64,000 nt of DNA from Candidatus Xenobia bacterium. Its GTDB lineage: Bacteria; Vulcanimicrobiota; Xenobia; Xenobiales; QWHO01. Positions 28,339 to 37,124 of the stretch are shown here, one piece after another. Where the stretch lies: contig BTUM01000011.1 in NCBI GenBank assembly GCA_045863235.1, forward strand, positions 61,968 through 125,967, written 5' to 3'. The notes under the pieces are model-generated. The model saw only the letters and a list, made by a program, of their open reading frames with translations. It had not been told where the DNA came from and did not search any database. The first letter of the stretch is position 1; each line of letters starts with the position of its first letter. The position numbers and the translations under genes were made by a program.

Positions 28339-31077
28339 GTGAGACTCAACCCGATCGACCCGGGAATCAGTATCGTCTCCGCCTCCACGCGACCCTCGGT
28401 CACGGCCAGCCAGAGCCCGGTGCCGGTCGATGAGGTGGCGCTGGGAGCGTCGACTCCTCCGGCCCCTCCTCAGGTGGCGCCCGGCGGTCTTGGCAGCGCC
28501 ATGCGGGCGGCGGCCTCCTTGCTGGGGCTGGCCGGACCGGCCCTGGAGGCGCCTGTCCGGGAGCCCGATCCACTTGCCGAGGCCCTGGTCGGCCTGGAGC
28601 GCTTTTCCAACAAGAAAGGCTACGGTATCGACCGTGACGAGGCCCTTCGGCTCCTGCAGCAGGGTCAGGAGATCTATCTCGAGGGCAGCGGGGTCAAGGG
28701 GACCGATGAGGCCTGGCTTTACCTCTACCTGATCGGGAAGTCGGGTGCCGACCGGGTGGCCGACCCGGAGCTTGCTCGTGGCCTGAAAGCCCTGGTGGAC
28801 GGGAAGGTCTACGGCCCGGACAACTGGGACATCAAGCCCTTCAAAGCCATCCTGCATTATCGCGAGCTGGCCGAGAAGCCAGGCAAGACGCTCGAGTTGT
28901 TTCTGCGCCACGGCACGGACCGCGAGCACGTGGCCCTGCCCCTGGGTCGCTTCGGGCTCAGCGACCTGCGAGCCGATGAGCTGGGCCAGCGCATCGCAGA
29001 CAGCCTGGAGGCGTCGGCGCAGCTGGGGCGGTCGGTGCGCTATTACGAGGCTTCGGATCACTGGCAACGGATCCACGACCCGGCCCGCCAGCACGCCGGC
29101 CGCTCGCTCCAGGAGCGAGTCGCGGTGTCGACCGCGCTCGATCGCAAGGGGGAGCTCTACGACCCCCTGCTCGCGCTGGCTCGCGATCTTCCCGACAAAA
29201 AGGTGGTCGATTGGGCCGGCCAGCTGGCCGCTCTACCCCTGGAGAAAGCCCTGCAGGCCATCGGCCACCTGCGCCAGGTGCCCCCCGAGGTCTATCTCAA
29301 CTGCCTGCGCCAGCACTCCGACCCCGAGGTGGCCCTGCAGCTGACCCGTCTGCGCCAGAACCCCGAGCAGGAGCAAGCCTACCAGTTGCTCTCCGACAAG
29401 CTCTCCCTGCGCCGCGAGGTCCGCTCCCGGCTTCTACAAGTCTGGGCCGGGGTGGATGGGCAGGTCGATGTCTTCCGGCTGCAGACCGAGCGTCCCCGGG
29501 GCGAGTTCTTCGCGAATCTGTGGAGCTCGGTTCCTCGTCAGGATCACGAGCGATTTCTGCGCTACCCTGCCGACCAGGAGCTGGCCTTCCAATCGCTGTT
29601 GAAGGCCGATGCCGCGGTGACGGCACGGGGCTCCGAGCACGTCGAGGGGCGTCTGCAGGCCTGGCTGGGCTGGTACAGCCGTCTGGACAAGAGCCGGGGG
29701 GGCGAGCAGGCGACCGCCCTGCTGCAGTCCTGGCCCACGGCCGAGGTCACCCCGCGGGACGCGCGCGATTTCGCCCAGGTGCTCGCCCATCATCGAGGCG
29801 ACATCCTGGCCAGCCAGCTGGCCTGGGCTGACCTTGCCCGCTCGCCCTCCCGGGACCTGGCCATCGCCTTGCACCAGCTGGACGCACGCCAGGAGGAGCA
29901 GACCATGACCCGTCTGGGCCTGGCTGAGCCCGAGCGGGCAGCGAGCCTGCGTTTCCTGGCCGAAGCCGGGGTCGGGCTCGAGCCCTCTCTGGACGCACTG
30001 GAGCTGCTCTCGCGCCAGCAACGGCCTCTGGACGAGCTGGCCGCGGAGTATCTCGAGCTGCGCTCCGGGCTGGGCGATCGCCGGGCCTGCTCGGCTCTGC
30101 GCCAGGCCTTCGAGCACGGCCCGCGGGCGTCCGAGTCACTGGTTCGGGCTCTCAAGGTGACCCGCGACCTGCCTGCCGCCCTGGCCCTTCTCCCCGCTCT
30201 GGAACGGCCCGAGCCGGGGCGGGAGGAGCGGCTGGCCAACCTGGAGCTTTCCGGCCGCCTGGGGGTTCCCGAGGCCGCCTCGCTCTTGCTCGAGAGCGGG
30301 CTCGATGAGGCCGGTCGCCACGCTCTGGAGCAGGCCATGAGCGCGGAGGTCTCCGGCTCGGCCCTGACCAGGTTGGAGGACTATCTGGGGCGCCAGGCTC
30401 AGCCTTCCGAGTCGCCCGTGGTGCGGTTTGCCAGGGGGGGTGAGCTTCTGACTCGCACGCTGGGTGCCGAGCAGGCCGCCAGCGAGCTGGCCCGACGCCT
30501 GGCCTCGGCCTACGGTGGGGAGTGGGGCGAGCAGGCTCGGGCCCTGCTGGGGACCGGCACCGAGTTCGCCCGTCACCTGCCCGGCCCGGAGGAGCTGCGG
30601 GCCGCCACCCCTCTGTTACAGCAGCTGGCCGGTCGGCCGGTGAAGGACTTCGTCGAGCTGACCGCTCCGGTCGGCCAGGAAAGCTTGAAGGAGCGTTGCC
30701 AGGCGGCCGCCCGCTGGCTCCAGGCGGGGGGGGACGTGAGCTCGTGGTGCGCGCTGACAGCCCGGGGCGAGCTGCCGCTGGAGGCTGGTCTCGAGCTGAA
30801 GGCCCAGGTCTCGGTCTGGGATCCAAGTCAGGTGGCGCCGGCCATCGAGCTCGTCCATCGCATGCAGCGGCGGGGCGAGCTCGAAGGAGACTTCAGCCAG
30901 GCCAGCAGCGCCTTCCTGGGAGCGCTGGGCCGCCTCAGCACTCAGAGTTTCTTACAGGGCTTCGACTTGCAGGCGGTGACCGTCGAGATGCGCCAGCCGG
31001 CTCCCATGGAAAGCTCGCTGCGCGACGGGCCGATGGCGGTCACCCTGCCCGGAGTGCGACTGCGCAAACGCGGTTGA
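28339..31077 (+). CDS. Large alpha-helical orphan protein with C-terminal VTLPGVRLRKR motif
   Basis: About 910 aa; Pro/Ser-rich disordered N-terminus and no signal peptide; start taken at GTG 28339. Confidence 0.75.
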   Translation: MRLNPIDPGISIVSASTRPSVTASQSPVPVDEVALGASTPPAPPQVAPGGLGSAMRAAASLLGLAGPALEAPVREPDPLAEALVGLERFSNKKGYGIDRDEALRLLQQGQEIYLEGSGVKGTDEAWLYLYLIGKSGADRVADPELARGLKALVDGKVYGPDNWDIKPFKAILHYRELAEKPGKTLELFLRHGTDREHVALPLGRFGLSDLRADELGQRIADSLEASAQLGRSVRYYEASDHWQRIHDPARQHAGRSLQERVAVSTALDRKGELYDPLLALARDLPDKKVVDWAGQLAALPLEKALQAIGHLRQVPPEVYLNCLRQHSDPEVALQLTRLRQNPEQEQAYQLLSDKLSLRREVRSRLLQVWAGVDGQVDVFRLQTERPRGEFFANLWSSVPRQDHERFLRYPADQELAFQSLLKADAAVTARGSEHVEGRLQAWLGWYSRLDKSRGGEQATALLQSWPTAEVTPRDARDFAQVLAHHRGDILASQLAWADLARSPSRDLAIALHQLDARQEEQTMTRLGLAEPERAASLRFLAEAGVGLEPSLDALELLSRQQRPLDELAAEYLELRSGLGDRRACSALRQAFEHGPRASESLVRALKVTRDLPAALALLPALERPEPGREERLANLELSGRLGVPEAASLLLESGLDEAGRHALEQAMSAEVSGSALTRLEDYLGRQAQPSESPVVRFARGGELLTRTLGAEQAASELARRLASAYGGEWGEQARALLGTGTEFARHLPGPEELRAATPLLQQLAGRPVKDFVELTAPVGQESLKERCQAAARWLQAGGDVSSWCALTARGELPLEAGLELKAQVSVWDPSQVAPAIELVHRMQRRGELEGDFSQASSAFLGALGRLSTQSFLQGFDLQAVTVEMRQPAPMESSLRDGPMAVTLPGVRLRKRG

Positions 31078-31119
31078 CAGCTCTTCATGGGGTGGAAGCT
31101 TCGCCTTTCCTCGCCTGGT

Positions 31120-31154
31120 AGCTTTCTTTCAGCGCCCTCAGTTACCCTCGAGCC
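31120..31154 (+). promoter_or_regulatory. AGCTTTCTTTCAG-N10-TACCCT-N6-ATG putative leaderless promoter
   Basis: The 13-mer is identical to 14263-14275, with the same spacing to the -10 box and start codon. Confidence 0.65.
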
Positions 31155-31805
31155 ATGCAGCTCTCGGCTCTGCCATGTCCGGCCAGCAACCTCCGTCAGG
31201 TGGCCCACGACCTTTGCGTCCCGAGCCCGCCGCCTCCGCCGCCCGGGCCTTCCGATGAGCTGCTGGCGGCGCGTGCCCGCGAGCCCTTCCTGAGGGCCGG
31301 CCGTGGGCTGCGAAACCTGGCTGTGGGGGCCGGCGCGGTGTTCCTGCCTGGCTTTGCGGGCAAGGCCTGTGGGGCCGTGGTTGGCGCCATGGGGGCCGGG
31401 GTCACGATCGGCGGGGTGGCGGGAGTGCTGGTCGCGATACCATGCTTGCTCCTGGCGAAACAGAACAGGAACTGGCCTGTGATGATGGCGATCGGAGTGG
31501 CTGTTACGGGTTTTGTGGCTGGAACGATCGCCGGCGGTTATCTCGGGTACCAGCTGGGCGGCGAGGGCCTGAGCCTTTCGAGCGCCGCCCTGGCGGCCTC
31601 GGCCTTGTTGATGAATACCCAGAGCTCCAAGCTCAAGCGTCTGGAGGGGGAGCACGCTGCTCGAGTCGAGTCCAACAAGGCTCTCCACAGCGGCGAGAAG
31701 GCGCGCGAGGACAAGCCTCTGGAGGCTCCTTCGGCCATCGAGCGGATCGGGGATCTGGTCCTGGTGGGCGGCATCCGCCTGCCTCAGCGACGCAAAGTTT
31801 CCTAG
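31155..31805 (+). CDS. Orphan Gly-zipper membrane protein with C-terminal VLVGGIRLPQRR motif
   Basis: MQLSAL N-terminus, poly-Pro stretch, three to four Gly-rich hydrophobic segments. Confidence 0.75.
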   Translation: MQLSALPCPASNLRQVAHDLCVPSPPPPPPGPSDELLAARAREPFLRAGRGLRNLAVGAGAVFLPGFAGKACGAVVGAMGAGVTIGGVAGVLVAIPCLLLAKQNRNWPVMMAIGVAVTGFVAGTIAGGYLGYQLGGEGLSLSSAALAASALLMNTQSSKLKRLEGEHAARVESNKALHSGEKAREDKPLEAPSAIERIGDLVLVGGIRLPQRRKVS

Positions 31806-31868
31806 AAAGCGACAGAGGAGATTTCCAGCAGCGTCGTCCGATCGTCTTGCTGGCTCATGGGTTGCGGT

Positions 31869-31908
31869 TTGACCGCTGCACCCTCTTTGTGTTACTGATT
31901 GTAGCACA
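31869..31908 (+). promoter_or_regulatory. Toxin-antitoxin promoter/operator
   Basis: TTGACC -35-like box; imperfect inverted repeat TGTGTTAC-N5-GTAGCACA (31888-31908) directly before the AGGAGG RBS. Confidence 0.55.
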
Positions 31909-31920
31909 GGAGGTGTTCCT

Positions 31921-32175
31921 ATGGAGCGATCCACAGTTCGGCGCAGCTTCGCCCTGCCGCGCGTCCTCATCGAGGAGGCGCTGGCCGCGGCGCCCCCCGG
32001 TCTGCAGAATAATCTGAACAGCCTGGTCAAAGAGGCCTTGCGCGAATACATCGCTCATCGGCGAGAGGCGGATTTCGCCCGGGCCATGGCCGACATGGCC
32101 AGGGACCCGGAAATTCTCCGTGAATGCAACCGCATCGAGAGAGAGTTTCAAGCTGCCGAGAGCGACGGTCTGTAG
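31921..32175 (+). CDS. Antitoxin (RHH-like) of a MazF/PemK module
   Basis: 84 aa, directly upstream of the toxin; LVKEALREYI helix and acidic C-terminus. Confidence 0.8.
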   Translation: MERSTVRRSFALPRVLIEEALAAAPPGLQNNLNSLVKEALREYIAHRREADFARAMADMARDPEILRECNRIEREFQAAESDGL

Positions 32176-32520
32176 ATGCCGCGGCGGGGAGAGATCCATT
32201 GGGCCAGGCTCGATCCGGTGCAGGGGCGAGAGCAGTCAGGCCGACGACCGGTCCTCGTCGTCTCGTCTGACGCGATCAACACGCAACCTCTCGTGGTGAC
32301 AGTCGTCGTGGGCACCGATAGCGCTCATGTAACGCGAGACTACCCCACCAACGTCCGAGTCCCGACGGCCGAGTCCGGCCTCCCCAAGGACACGGTCTTC
32401 CTCTGCTTCCAACTCCGTTCCCTGGACCCGAGCCGTCTGGAGGGCCTCGCAGGTCGTTTGCCGCAGTCTCGGATGGGCGAGGTCGACCAGGCTCTCCGCT
32501 GCACTCTCGGCCTCAAGTAA
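32176..32520 (+). CDS. mazF: Type II toxin, PemK/MazF endoribonuclease
   Basis: RGEI.WA.LDP..G.EQ.G.RP.LVVS and QLRSLD..RL. Confidence 0.92.
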   Translation: MPRRGEIHWARLDPVQGREQSGRRPVLVVSSDAINTQPLVVTVVVGTDSAHVTRDYPTNVRVPTAESGLPKDTVFLCFQLRSLDPSRLEGLAGRLPQSRMGEVDQALRCTLGLK

Positions 32521-32579
32521 ATTCCAGCGGGCCCGCAAGCCTGGAGGTCTCACCGGCCCCTGAGAGGGAACACCTGGAC

Positions 32580-33662
32580 GTGGACAGCTGGGTACAAGCA
32601 GCCATGCAGGCCGAGGACTACGCCTCGGCCCTGACCTGCGCCCGGGCCATGCGAGCCACGGTCCAGGGCGAGCAGCTGCACTGGGCCGTCTGGAAGGAAG
32701 CCCAGTGCCTGCAGAAACTGGGCCAGCACGAAGAGCTGCTGCAACTGGCTGCCAGCGCCGACCCCGGCAAGTACGGGGGACGGCTGTACTCGCTGGCCGC
32801 CGAGCTGACCCGGGGCGAGCCGCGCTTCGACCGCTTCGCCGCCCTGGCCGCCCGGGCCACCGAAGACCTGGACTGGCTGCGCCAGGCCTGGGCTCAGCAG
32901 CCCGGTCCCGAGCTGGCCTGCCAGCGCGTCGAGCTGGGCCTGAGCCAGCAAGAGCCCGAGGAGGCCTTTGCCGGCCACCTGGGCCTGCTTGAGCTGGCCG
33001 AAGAGCGGCAGGATCGCAACCTGGCCTGCCTGGCCTGGCAGCTGATGGACGAGCTCAAGAAGGTGTGCTATCCGGCCGACTACTTGCACGAGCTGGTCTC
33101 GCGCTGGGAGCGCCTCGCCAGCCTGCTGGCCCCGGCCGAGCGCCAGGCCTGGGAGGAGGGCCGCAAGGCCTACCAGGCCGGGGCGGCCGGCGAGCAGGCC
33201 CTGTTCGAGCAACTGCTCCTCCTGGGCGTCAGCCCGGACGCTTGCGACGTGGCCGGGCGCACGGCCGTCTTTGGGGCCGCCATGACCGGGGCCGTCGGCA
33301 TGCTGGAGTGGCTGCGCGAGCACCGGGCCGACCTGGACCGCCCCAACTACCAGCTGCTCAGCCCTCTGATGGCGGCTGTGATGGAAGGCAAGATCGAGGT
33401 GGTGGAGCTGCTCTTGCCCCGCCATGCCAGGGTGGACCGCCGCGGCCCTGAGGGCAACACCGCGCTGCACTTCGCGGTCTCCCGGAACCGGCTCGAGATC
33501 GCTGAGATCCTGGTGCGTCGGGGTGCCAACCCGGCTCTGGCCAACCAGCAGGGCCAGACCCCTCGCTCGCTGGCCGAGGCGGGCGACAACGAGGAGCTGC
33601 ACAGGCTCTTGCGCCCGGCTCCTGGAGGGCTGTTGGGCGGGCTGCTACGCCGGAAGAGCTAA
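32580..33662 (+). CDS. Ankyrin-repeat protein
   Basis: C-terminal ANK repeats (GRTAVFGAA, SPLMAA, GNTALHFAV, GQTP). Confidence 0.88.
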   Translation: MDSWVQAAMQAEDYASALTCARAMRATVQGEQLHWAVWKEAQCLQKLGQHEELLQLAASADPGKYGGRLYSLAAELTRGEPRFDRFAALAARATEDLDWLRQAWAQQPGPELACQRVELGLSQQEPEEAFAGHLGLLELAEERQDRNLACLAWQLMDELKKVCYPADYLHELVSRWERLASLLAPAERQAWEEGRKAYQAGAAGEQALFEQLLLLGVSPDACDVAGRTAVFGAAMTGAVGMLEWLREHRADLDRPNYQLLSPLMAAVMEGKIEVVELLLPRHARVDRRGPEGNTALHFAVSRNRLEIAEILVRRGANPALANQQGQTPRSLAEAGDNEELHRLLRPAPGGLLGGLLRRKS

Positions 33663-33663
33663 A

Positions 33664-35740
33664 TCAATGGATCAAGAACGGGCTTTCGGGCAACTCCACC
33701 CGGCCGCGCAGGTCCAGCACCAGGTGGTCTTTCTGGGGACGCGGGCGCAACTCGGCGCTCTGCTCCTGCAGGGCCAGCAGAAAGCTTAACACGCCCCAGG
33801 TCGTCGGGCTGCGACCAGCGCACCACCAGGCGACGCTCCCAGGCGGGCTCGCTCTCACCGCGCAGGGCCCGCACCAGGGCCGTCCGGGTGGAGGGGAAGA
33901 CAGCTCGAGCGGCGTTTTGCACCGGCTCGGGGGTCAGGATGGGCATCAATTCGTTGGCCCTGGGCCGGTAAGAGACTTCCTCCAGCGCCAGCGGCTCGGG
34001 CCAGGGCCAGCCGGCCACGAAGGCTGGGAACTCTCGCTCGGGAGCGCGCAGCAGCCAGGTTGCCACCAGCAAAGACCAGGCCAGCCCGCCCGGATAGCCG
34101 AAGGCCTGGCCGTAGAGCCGCTCCTGGCGGGCCCAGGCGCGCACCTCGGCCCACTTGCGGCGAGCCCGGGGCAGACAGAACCGGCGGTCCACCGCCTGCA
34201 GCAGAGCTCGGGTGTGGACGAGGGCCGAAGCGTCGGTGGTCAGATCCACCCCGTCTACCTCCAACCGCGGGGGTTCGAGCTCCCAGCGCCAGTCGGCCCC
34301 GGCCCAACACGGACTGCACCCGGGTGAGCAGTGGCTCGGATGGCAGCGAGGTCGAGTAGACCGCATCGCAGTCCTCGCTCTCCAGGCCCAGGGCCTGCGA
34401 GCCCACCAGCCACAGCTTGCCCGGAGCCACGGCCTGGCAAGCCTGGCTCAGCCAGGCTGGCGGGGTCGGGGGCTTGAGTGCCAGGCTGCGTCGCGAGCTG
34501 AGGGGCTGGCCGGCAAGCATGTGCACGCTCTCGACTTGAAAGCTGACCGGCACGAGCTCGCTCAACCCCGGCGGTCGCTGGCCTCGGGCTACTGTCAGGT
34601 GGGGTATTCCCGGCGCGCCGCCCACGCGCTCCTGGAGGCGCTGCATCGGCTCAGGATCCGATGGCCCGATCCACCAGACCCTGTCGTCGAATGAGCCGAC
34701 CCGGTCGAGCCTCAGCTCAAAGGGCTCGAGATCGGCCAGCCGGGCTTCGAGCCAGGTCGCTTCGCTCTCGAAGGCCTCCTCGGGCACGAAGCCAAAGCGC
34801 AGGGTCAGGTGGGGCATCCAGCGGTCGGGCCGCTTCCAGCGCTGCAGCGGGGGCCACAGCTCGCGAGGGGGCACCACCACCAGGGCTGTCTGGCGGGTCA
34901 GGCTCTCATCGGCCTGCAGGCGTACCACCAGACCGCAATGGTCCGAGCCGTCGTGTTCGAGCAGAGAGCTGCGGCGATGGGGGAAGGCGCCTCGGACCAG
35001 CACGTGATCGAGCTGCCGGACCGTCCGAAGGTGGGCCCTCGATGAGCCAGCTCGAAGCCTTCCTGGGGCCAGGAGGTCAGCTCCTCCGGCTCGGCGTTGA
35101 GGTCTCCGAGCACCAGGGCGGGGCCGGCGCCCAGGTGGGCCGTGAGCTCCTCCCACCGCTCTCGGCGCTTCTCGACCGCCCGGGGCTGGCGATCGGAGGT
35201 GAAGTGGGCCGCGGCTACCCGCAGACCACTCTCGAGCTCGACCACCACGCTGCGCTCATCCTGGTACAGCACCTGGCGTATCGGCTGACGGCAGGCCAGC
35301 ACCACCGAGCCTGAGCCCAGGCGACGCAGGCCTTCCAGCTCAAATCCAAGGTCGGGAGCCACCTCCTGCAAGGCCACCAGGTCGGCCTGGTGGCGGGCGA
35401 TCACTTCCAGCAGAGGTCCAATTCGTCGGTGCCGGTCGCCCTCGCGCTCCGAAGCCATCAGGTTCCAGGTGAGGACGGTCAGAGTTGGCGGGAGGGTGGG
35501 GGAGGAGGCGGGGCCGCTGGCCCGCAGGGTGTCCAGGCCTTGTTGGCGGTCCCAGACCGGGCCCGCAGGGCCCCGGATGCGCCAGACGCGATGCCACGGA
35601 ATGTCGCCCTCGGGGACGAAGTCGATCAGGGCGATCGCTTTGGTGGATCCGCCCCGCTCGCGAACCTCGAGCTGATAGTCCCCCGCTTGCAGCCGAGGAT
35701 CCCAGAGGATCTGGTGATAGACCTCCCGGCTGGTGCGCAC
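33664..35740 (-). pseudogene. Frameshifted RNA end-repair protein: MJ1316/DUF504 + EEP + 2H phosphoesterase + poly(A)-polymerase-like NTase
   Basis: RTSREVYHQILWD...IPWHRV; TWNL, LQEV, GDLN, LDHV and SDH; two PHLT motifs; GS..G...DCD; WARQ..LYG..FGYPGG..W and WPWP. The domains lie in four frame segments. Confidence 0.8.
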
Positions 35741-35747
35741 CCGACGG

Positions 35748-36293
35748 TTAAGGCGAGGATTCCAGGACGGGGCGGACCCGATCGCTGAAGACGTAGCCCA
35801 CCTTGCCCCGGGCGTCGATGACATGGAGCCAGCGCTTTTCGGACAGCACCTCGCGCACGTCCCGCTGGCCCGCTCCGGGAGCTTCCAGCACCACCACGCA
35901 CTCGTTTCGGGCGAGCTGGGCGACCACCGGAGAGTCGGTGCCCGGTCCCTGGCGCAAGTTGAGATAGCCGTCCCGGTCAGTGACCGCCACCGGGTAGTAG
36001 GCCCGCGAGCCCACCTTCTTGAGCCGCGAGCGGTGGGCATAGCCCCAGATCCCTCGTGGGGTGCAGACCCGGGCCCACTCTTCTTCGATGAACTGGCGTA
36101 CGAAGAAGTGCTCGCCGGTGTGCAGCTTGTCTACGACCGCTGACTTGCCATCGGCCGAGGCGCGCACGTTGGTATAACCGTCTTTGTCCTGGATGACGGC
36201 CACGAACGTGGTGGCCAGGTCGTCGACCGGCCCGTCCTGGGCCAGGGCGGGGGCGATGAACAGCAGTGAAACCAGCACGATCAGGCGAAGCAT
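35748..36293 (-). CDS. Secreted protein with two bacterial SH3 domains
   Basis: Signal peptide; two repeats of D.DGY.N(V/L)R...S.VV..L..(G/N)E...W..V....G..GY. Confidence 0.85.
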   Translation of the reverse strand: MLRLIVLVSLLFIAPALAQDGPVDDLATTFVAVIQDKDGYTNVRASADGKSAVVDKLHTGEHFFVRQFIEEEWARVCTPRGIWGYAHRSRLKKVGSRAYYPVAVTDRDGYLNLRQGPGTDSPVVAQLARNECVVVLEAPGAGQRDVREVLSEKRWLHVIDARGKVGYVFSDRVRPVLESSP

Positions 36294-37059
36294 GAGCGGC
36301 CGTTCGAGCGCCGCCGAGGAGACCCCTGTGCGATTTCGTGCCTTTCCCCAGTTCAATCAGCCCGGCCTGGCCGAGGTGGCTGGCTCCAAGAGCCGACTGA
36401 GCGCCTCCACTTTGCGCCATTTTGCCTCCAAGCGCATGGCCGACAGACTGGCTCGGGCCCTGGGCGAGGTGGGCGGGTTCCCCATCAAGGAGCTGGTGGA
36501 ATCCTTCGAGTTTTTCGAGCGGGTCCGAAGTTCTTTACGCGTGCCGGTGGTCGCCGACCTGATGTGCGGCCACGGCCTGGTGGGCGCTCTCTTCGCGGTC
36601 TTCGAGCCGAAGGTGGAGCAGGTGCTGCTGGTGGACCACCGTCGCCCGTCCAACCATGATGCGTTGCTCGAGGGCCTGGGCCGGGTGGCCTCCTGGGCCC
36701 CGTCCCGGCTGCGCTACCTGGAGGGAACTCTGGAGGTCTGTGCCGCTGAGCCGATCGGGGCGGTGGTGGCGGTGCACGCCTGCGGTCAGCGCACCGATGC
36801 CTGTCTTGATCTGGCTCTGGAGCGGGGCGCTCAGGTGGCCGTCATGCCTTGCTGCTACGGTCCGCCCCGGGAGGCCTCCCCGGCCCTGATGGCCGGGTTG
36901 GGACCTGAGCTGGCCACTGACGTGGCCCGCACCTACCGGCTGGAGAAGGCAGGCTATCGGGTGCGCTGGCGAGCCATCCCCCCTGAGATCACGCCCATGG
37001 GCCGCATCCTCCTGGCTCAGAACCCGTCGCCTTTACAGAACGGTTCGTCTTCGGTATAG
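36292..37059 (+). CDS. SAM-dependent methyltransferase (Methyltransf_32-like)
   Basis: VADLMCGHG, HACG..TD..L and VMPCCY; alternative start GTG 36328. Confidence 0.8.
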   Translation: MSGRSSAAEETPVRFRAFPQFNQPGLAEVAGSKSRLSASTLRHFASKRMADRLARALGEVGGFPIKELVESFEFFERVRSSLRVPVVADLMCGHGLVGALFAVFEPKVEQVLLVDHRRPSNHDALLEGLGRVASWAPSRLRYLEGTLEVCAAEPIGAVVAVHACGQRTDACLDLALERGAQVAVMPCCYGPPREASPALMAGLGPELATDVARTYRLEKAGYRVRWRAIPPEITPMGRILLAQNPSPLQNGSSSV

Positions 37060-37124
37060 TTAAAGTTGGCCCGATCTCTTTTTGGCTGTGCATTTCTTAA
37101 CTTGCGCCATGATGGAGGTAGCTC

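Noticed and set aside
31821..32531. TTCCAGC on both sides of the toxin-antitoxin pair as a target-site duplication
   Set aside because: Only 7 bp, likely chance; no transposase or terminal inverted repeats.
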